Shown: piece by piece, positions 13,165 through 20,000 of the stretch | Layout: every line of letters begins with the position of its first letter | How positions within the stretch are numbered: the stretch's first letter is position 1 | NCBI GenBank assembly: GCA_009602725.1 | Contig: WELB01000005.1 | Location: forward strand, 1,134,655 to 1,154,654 | Reading direction: 5' to 3' | From: Spirogloea muscicola | Lineage: Eukaryota | Length of the DNA: 20,000 nucleotides | Notes under the pieces: model-generated | The model's database searches: none | The model's input: the letters and a program-made list of their open reading frames with translations, nothing else | What the model was told of the DNA's origin: nothing | Program-made: the position numbers and the translations under genes

Positions 13165-14114
13165 NNNNNNNNNNNNNNNNNNNNNNNNNNNNNNNNNNNN
13201 NNNNNNNNNNNNNNNNNNNNNNNNNNNNNNNNNNNNNNNNNNNNNNNNNNNNNNNNNNNNNNNNNNNNNNNNNNNNNNNNNNNNNNNNNNNNNNNNNNNN
13301 NNNNNNNNNNNNNNNNNNNNNNNNNNNNNNNNNNNNNNNNNNNNNNNNNNNNNNNNNNNNNNNNNNNNNNNNNNNNNNNNNNNNNNNNNNNNNNNNNNNN
13401 NNNNNNNNNNNNNNNNNNNNNNNNNNNNNNNNNNNNNNNNNNNNNNNNNNNNNNNNNNNNNNNNNNNNNNNNNNNNNNNNNNNNNNNNNNNNNNNNNNNN
13501 NNNNNNNNNNNNNNNNNNNNNNNNNNNNNNNNNNNNNNNNNNNNNNNNNNNNNNNNNNNNNNNNNNNNNNNNNNNNNNNNNNNNNNNNNNNNNNNNNNNN
13601 NNNNNNNNNNNNNNNNNNNNNNNNNNNNNNNNNNNNNNNNNNNNNNNNNNNNNNNNNNNNNNNNNNNNNNNNNNNNNNNNNNNNNNNNNNNNNNNNNNNN
13701 NNNNNNNNNNNNNNNNNNNNNNNNNNNNNNNNNNNNNNNNNNNNNNNNNNNNNNNNNNNNNNNNNNNNNNNNNNNNNNNNNNNNNNNNNNNNNNNNNNNN
13801 NNNNNNNNNNNNNNNNNNNNNNNNNNNNNNNNNNNNNNNNNNNNNNNNNNNNNNNNNNNNNNNNNNNNNNNNNNNNNNNNNNNNNNNNNNNNNNNNNNNN
13901 NNNNNNNNNNNNNNNNNNNNNNNNNNNNNNNNNNNNNNNNNNNNNNNNNNNNNNNNNNNNNNNNNNNNNNNNNNNNNNNNNNNNNNNNNNNNNNNNNNNN
14001 NNNNNNNNNNNNNNNNNNNNNNNNNNNNNNNNNNNNNNNNNNNNNNNNNNNNNNNNNNNNNNNNNNNNNNNNNNNNNNNNNNNNNNNNNNNNNNNNNNNN
14101 NNNNNNNNNNNNNN
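13165..14114. other. Assembly gap (N run)
   Basis: 950 N, flanked by GCC/GGC-rich sequence. Confidence 0.99.
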
Positions 14115-14144
14115 CGGTGCCGTCGGCAGCAGCAACGGCGGCGA

Positions 14145-14175
<31 letters not shown>

Positions 14176-16408
14176 GGCTGCGAGGGCTGCCTCCCGGACG
14201 CCATCTTTGATGGCCACTCCTGGCGACTCCACAACCATGGCGGCCGCGCCGTCCCCACGGCGGTTTCCCCCGAAGGCGGCCCCGGCGGCGACGCCAGCAT
14301 TCGCGGCATTCGTAGTGGCCGCGGCGACGGCCAGGACGGCCTTGTGGGCGCTGAGCCTCGCTGGGCAAGCTCAGGCCAGCTCAGCTCAGCTCAGCTCAGC
14401 TCAGGCAGCGGCGGCCCTCCGGCAACGCCATCGCCGGCGCAGCGGCCGCCGCTGGGCGTGCAGTCACAGCTGATCGCCAGGCGGCAGCGGGTGGCAGCGG
14501 CGGCAACGGCGCCGGCGGCGGGTGCTGCCGGCGGCAGCGGATGGCAGCAGCCCAAGAGCGAGGGCAGGAAGGCGGCGGCGGCGGTCTTGCCGCCGGAACG
14601 GCAGCCGGTGCTGCCCACATGGGCGCCGCACAGCTTCCGTCCAGGAGACGTCGCCGCCACGGAGCCGCCGGCAGCAGCTCGCGGCGCTGAGCCCCTGCAT
14701 GTACGCGAGCTGCCATTGATTGCCAGTCAAGAGAAAAATAAATCATAACCGCTTGTGCAGCAGCAAGTGCTCCGCCGCTGGTCCCACCTCATGACGCACC
14801 TTATTGCTCCGCGGTCCTGCAGGAGCGCCTGATTTACCTGGAGGCCGCGGGCGTGGACGCTGCCGAGCTGCTGGAGCGGCACCCTGCGGCACTGCACCAG
14901 CCCCTCCCGGCGCTGCGCGGCCGCGTCGAGGCCCTGCTGGCTGCCGGCGTCCGCTCACGCGACCTCGGCAAGGTCGTCATTAAGGTGAGGGCGCCCTCGC
15001 GAGCATTCCACAGCTGGCCTTTGTCATTTGGCTTGTGTTCGGACCCATTGCCAGCTTTGGCGCAAGCGTCAGCGACGCACCCTGCGGAGCTGTCCAGGCT
15101 CTGTGGAACAGCTCGCAGTAAGCGCTGCAGCCTGACAACAGCCGGAAGGCTGCTGTTGGATGAACATCAGTATGCCGGTGGATGTGATTATGGGCATAGA
15201 GCAGAAGGGCACGTTGGTACAGCTGCTAGCAGTTAAGTCATTATGTTGTCCGATTCTGAAGTAGATAAGACCATAATTTCTACTTGGTCTGTCAAGCTTC
15301 TGAGGACAAACTAGATCAAATCATCACTTATACATGGTCTGTCAAGCGTTTAAGTGCCACCGCTATTTGTTGGGGCTACCAGGATACGTCTGCGCGGCCA
15401 GCGCTGACTGCCCAAGTGTGGTTGCATGCGCATGCGCAGTGCCCGCGGCTTCTGGATGTGAGCGCAGCAGGCGAGCTGCCGAAGGTGCTGGCATTCCTGC
15501 GCAGCGAGGGTGGCCTGCCGGATGCAGCGCTTGGCCGGGTCCTGGCGCGGTGCCCGCAGCTCCTGGTGGCCAGCGTAGAGGCTCGCCTGCGGCCGGCGCT
15601 CGAGTTCCTGCACACTGTTGGGGTGCGCGACCCGGCCAAGGCCGTTGTTGCGAGTCCCTCGCTGCTGCTCCTGTCTGTGCGGGGCAGCCTCAAGCCAAAG
15701 CTGCAATTTCTGGAGGGCCTGGGCGTTGGCGCGGCTGGTGCGGCGACCATGGCCGCCCGCTTCCCCGCCTTGCTGAAGTACGACATGGATCGCAATCTGG
15801 CGGTCAAGGCCGACTATGCGCTCCGCGTCATGGGTTGCCGCCCCGCCGAGCTCGTCGGTTTTCCTCAGTTCTTCGGTTACAGCCTCGAGTACCGCATTCG
15901 GCCGCGCTTCCAATTTCTCCTGCAGCAGCAACAGCAGCAGCAGCAGCAGCGGCGGCGAGGGCGGCGACGACAGCATCACGTTCACGTCCCCAGTGTTGTG
16001 GACATTAGCATCAGCCTCGCTGCCCTCCTCCGACCGGCAGACGAGGAGTTTTACAGCCGGCACCAGGCCGCTGCTGCATTGCCTGGCGAGGCAGGCGAGC
16101 GTGGCGAGGACGAGGCCGGTGGAGGCGGCGAGCCCTGCCAGCAATGTGCAGATAGTCTCAGTCGAAGTGGGATTGCTCCTGTCTCAGCCGTCGAGCTCTG
16201 TTGCGAGTCCCAGCGGCCCGTTGTCGTCCATGAGGGCTACGATGCAGGCTTAGCCTCAGTGGCTGCCGCTGTTGCCAATGCTGGTTGGGAGGCGGACAGG
16301 CTCAACATGGGCGCATTGGCAATGGACATGCGGCAGCTCCACATTGTCCGCCCACACTGCTCGGCGCCGCAGCTCTTGGAGACCAGCGGTGCAGCAGCAA
16401 GGGTTTAG
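14115..16408 (+). CDS. mTERF-family protein (organelle transcription termination / RNA-binding factor); start uncertain
   Basis: Exons <14115-14700 (low-complexity, GTACGC donor), 14823-14984 (ERLIYLEAAGVD...LERHP...GVRSRDLGKVVIK) and 15440-16408 (CPRLL..., LARCPQLL.ASVE.RLRPALEFL..VG, SLKPKLQFLEGLG, RFPALLKY, ELVGFPQFFGYSLEYRIRPR). These are repeated ~30-aa mTERF motifs ending in the family's typical FPQFF.YSLE.RI.PR signature. Confidence 0.9.
14377..14404. repeat. (CAGCT)5.6 pentanucleotide microsatellite within the mTERF 5' region
   Basis: CAGCTCAGCTCAGCTCAGCTCAGCTCAG. Confidence 0.9.
15923..15949 (+). repeat. (CAG)n tract encoding Q9 in the mTERF C-terminal extension
   Basis: CAG CAG CAA followed by (CAG)6, in frame and followed by RRRGRRR. 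Confidence 0.9.
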
Positions 16409-16992
16409 CGGCCCTTGTAAGACATTCTTCGAGCATGGCAAGACTTGCCACAATTGTGCATAGCCAACACTGAGTGACCACAATTAGCCCAACTTCATTG
16501 AAGCAGCCTCTCAGATGTCTGCACCAGTGCGTGTCTTTGCACCTTGACGGCCGCAATGGGGCATCCATCGTACCAAGGTGCGGTGACCATGCCCAGTCAG
16601 CACTGTGCGCCTCCATGGCTTGATGACCGTGCCCAGGCTGCAATGTGGAGTGGCCTTTGCTCGACAAAGCAGCAAGCAAAGCTGGTGTTCCACATTCACA
16701 CGCCAGTGGCCACTGTGCATGCAGATGTAGATGCACTTCTTCAAGACGCGACAACCGCATGTGCATGAATGCTCATAAGAGTAATTGCGAGCGTTAGTTT
16801 GTTTGTACAATTATCACCGAGGGACATGGACCTCAGATATAAGCAGAGTTGACAATTAAGGAATAGTCTGCCGGCCAGCACCAACGCTCTTCCTACAGAG
16901 CTTGACAGAGCTCGGCGTTGAGCTGAGCCAGGCATGACAATGCTAAAGAGTTGCTACAACAGGATGAGAGCTGCTGTGACAAGGAAACAGCT

Positions 16993-19900
16993 TCAACGTA
17001 GGCGCAGCGCCAACTCTTGCAGTAGCGCTCGGCGCTGCGCCGGCGTGATCACGCCGCGCCGCTCGGTGTCATCCAGCACCTCGAGCACCGCCGCAGCCGC
17101 CCGCCCGGCCTCCTCGTGGCCCACCACACTCCGCAGCATAAACACCTGTGCTTAGCAAGCATAGACTTACCATTTTAGGCCAGGCTTCATCATTCCCCAT
17201 TATAGGCCTGGCTTCATGGCATCAGCTCTCAGCCTCACACCGCTTCAGAAAGTGTAGACCTTATCCTCAAACCCTGATGTTGATCTTGACCATGACCTTG
17301 CGTTTCTGCCAATGCGCAAGACTTATATTTGTTGGGGTGTTGGCTTGCCTGGCCCTGGTGCGATACAGTGATGCAGCAGGGCTGCTGCACCCACGGCTCG
17401 CCGTCGATCTGGATCGGCAGCGTCGCCGTCGTCCACACCTTCACCTCCCGGCCCTGCCCAAGTCGCAGAGCCCGCGAGAGGCCTACCTGCACATGTATAT
17501 CGGATTCCATCCCACAACTTGGTTACATCTCCTCAGCAAGCACTGGGGGACACCTAGGCATCTGGTAGTGATTGCACCTGCAACTGGAGGAGGCATTTGC
17601 GGAGCAAAAGAGTATAAGAAATTGTCAAGAGTCGGCAGAAAAACAAGCAACGCACCTGCAGCTTGCCGAGGTGCCAGGCTCCAAAGATGGCCACAACCTC
17701 CAGCTGCGCTCCGACATTCGCGCGAGCCTAAGCCTTGTACTAAACCAGCTGAAATAATAGCAGAGCAACCCCTGGTGGGGCAGGCAGAGCCAATGGCTGC
17801 AGCTGGAAAAGGTTCCAAGTTGAGAGCTGGTCAAGCTCTCACCTTCTGGTCGTCCATGAGCTGCGGGCCGAGCGCGTCAGCATGCGCATCGTCGCTTTGC
17901 CAGAGGTCCACGCCGCCCATATAGCTTCCAATGTTGAGCAGCAGCACGCCCTGCACACCCTGCTCCCAACCATCCGCCAGCCAGGTCCTCAAAGAGGCGC
18001 AAGCTCAGAGGCTCGTGGCTGAGGAGCACGTAGACGCCGCCGCAAGTGGCGGGATAGTGCTTGACTGAGCTCCTAATGCTGGTGGTGCCCATGCCCTTTA
18101 CATGCTGCTCTGTGATCCTGAGCACCGGGGACTCAGAACCCCGGCATGTATTTCTCAGCCTCAGCGACTAATTTGCATGCATACATACACCACAGCTCCA
18201 TGTCTTAGTCTCATTGACACTCCTAAAGCCTAACGCAGTAACAGGTTAGATGCTTCTTGAGATATTACAGCTCACACCCTCCACTGTAGACCTTGCCCAA
18301 AGCCCTGAATCTGTCTATGAGCTGGGCACTCAATGTCTATAGGTCCCACTGCTCAAAGCGTGAGCCGACAAACTCATCCCAGAATCGCCCCTGATCTCAG
18401 CCGTCATACGGCTGCAGTATAGCACAGGCCCTAACGGCCTTGGGGAGCAGCAGAACTTAAGAGCTGCACCTGAGGGATGTTGAGCTCACGGCCGTCAAGC
18501 TCAAGGCGGAGCTGCCAGGGCAGGTCGGAGCATGTGCGGTCCACCATGTCCTTAGCGCCCTCCTTCGCATACAGCACCTTGTTTAGGAACTGCATGGGAG
18601 TCGGACGCAAGGAGCGGGAAGAGGTAAGAGAGGGAGCAAGCGAGGAGGATGGGATGAGGAGGGTGGGAATCCCCACCCGCCACCGCCCTCTGTCCTGACC
18701 GATGTCTGCAACAACGATCACACGGCCATGGCGAGAAGGGCGGCGAGCCTCACCTGGCTATAGAAGAGTTCGGGGCTCTCCTCCCGCAGCATGTGAATGT
18801 CCAGAGACACCTTGGCATCGCACCCAAAGCCTGAACGGCGAGGCACCATACACTAGAACTTGCACGTGAGTCGCGCCGGCGTGAATGTCAGCAAGACATT
18901 GCATAGGCGCAGCTTGGACTACAATCAGAAGGCTGATTGGAAAACCAACGGCGGCAGCAACATGGGCAGCGGCTCACCAATATAGTTGCTCATGGTCTTG
19001 GTGGCAGCCTTCTTGCCATTCGCACGCTGCGGGAGGCTGGCAATGGACACCTGCCAGCGGTCGAGCATCGTGACCGCGGCACGGTCCACGTTCTGTATGA
19101 CCTGCGCCAGCCCGCCCTGCACCATCGCCACCGCCAGACGCCGCCCGCCGCCCGCCACCTCCTCCAATGTCAGCGTTTACCATCTCACCGAGTAACTTGG
19201 CCGGGAAGCGCGGCCAAGCGCCGTGGCCGAGCTGGAAGTGACGTACCTGCTTCTCGATGGTGGAGTAGCCGGCTCCCCAGCCGAGGACGCGCGCGAGGTC
19301 GTTGCCCGTGCCAACGGGCAGCACGGCGACCGGGACGGGCGTCGCGGCGGCCCCGCGCCGGCGCTCGATCTCGTCCAGCACCCAGCCGACGGTGCCGTCG
19401 CCGCCGCACACGAGGACGCGGAAGTGCGGCACGTCGTGGAACAGGGCCAGGCCCGCCTCTGGCCCTCGGTCCGCCGTCAGCTCGCATACCTAGTCCAGTC
19501 AATTCATGTCATTATCAAAATCAATGCTCTCATGACCATAACTGTAAGTAATGGACGCCTCAATCTGCGATTTAGAGTGAAGCCATGGAGGCGAGCCCCG
19601 TATGCTGGCAGTCGGCGAATAGGTTGAGCGATGGCAAGCCAAGGGTATTAAGGTCAGGGGTTTAGGTTTGAGGTTTGAAGATTTAGGGTTTCAGGATTTG
19701 GCCATTGCTGTTGCGGCTGCCAGCAGACTAGGAATTAGGGTTCAAGGTTCGACACTGTGCTTGCAGGGTTTTGGTAATGTGGACGAGTCATATGAGGAAA
19801 AACTGTTAAAATGTTAAACTGTTAAAAAAATTGCACTTAATTACCTGGGCGGGGTTGAGGAGCATGTTGAAGCGGCGGAGCATGCCGGCGCCGTGCCGCG

Positions 19901-20000
19901 CGCCGCTCTTCTGGTTGACAAACACGAGCAGCGGCCGCGCGCCGCCCGGCAGCCCGTGCACGACGTACTCCGGCAGCGCCGCCGCCGCCGCCGCCCCGCC
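16993..20000 (-). CDS. DGK1: Diacylglycerol kinase, plant cluster I (DGK1-like), catalytic and accessory domains (5'-partial)
   Basis: Exons >20000-19845, 19489-19247, 19116-18978, 18830-18754, 18589-18470, 17959-17843, 17703-17656, 17486-17349, 17145-16993 (TGA), phases consistent. Motifs: [84 protein letters not shown]...[30 protein letters not shown]. The C-terminus [14 protein letters not shown] resembles plant DGK1. Confidence 0.95.
19641..19772. repeat. Degenerate telomere-like (TTTAGGG-related) tract in a DGK intron
   Basis: GGGTTTAGGTTTGAGGTTTGAAGATTTAGGGTTTCAGGATTT...TTAGGGTTCAAGGTT...CAGGGTTTT, roughly 7-nt periodic, with one perfect TTTAGGGTTT at 19682-19691. Confidence 0.6.

Noticed and set aside
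12585..14748. 460-620 aa ORFs across the second N block
   Set aside because: Gap artefacts; only the flanking thioredoxin and mTERF segments are supportable.
15334..16253. Overlapping alternative-frame and antisense ORFs over the mTERF exon (likewise over NAR1, GGT and DGK exons)
   Set aside because: Expected shadow ORFs in high-GC coding DNA, with no independent motifs.

Overview
This is eukaryotic, intron-rich, GC-rich genomic DNA from a green-lineage organism; the plant-like proteins together with an algal-type NAR1 suggest a streptophyte alga (inference). There are two scaffold gaps (7557-8455, 13165-14114) and a single N at 4417. Gene order: (1) 3' end of an assimilatory nitrate reductase (FAD/NAD(P)H module, +); (2) a convergent formate/nitrite transporter (FNT/NAR1 type, -), consistent with part of a nitrate-assimilation cluster; (3) a diverged ~229-bp tandem duplication with a conserved hairpin upstream of NAR1; (4) an orphan gene with three EGF-like modules, each on its own phase 1-1 exon (-); (5) a 10-exon GGT4-like gamma-glutamyl transpeptidase (+); (6) a CRLC thioredoxin-fold protein (-) head-to-head with (7) an mTERF gene (+); (8) the 3' part of a DGK1-like diacylglycerol kinase (-). 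Three of the 26 introns I could delimit at both ends appear to use GC donors. Exon models were derived by hand from splice signals, reading-frame continuity and remembered family motifs; no database search was run.
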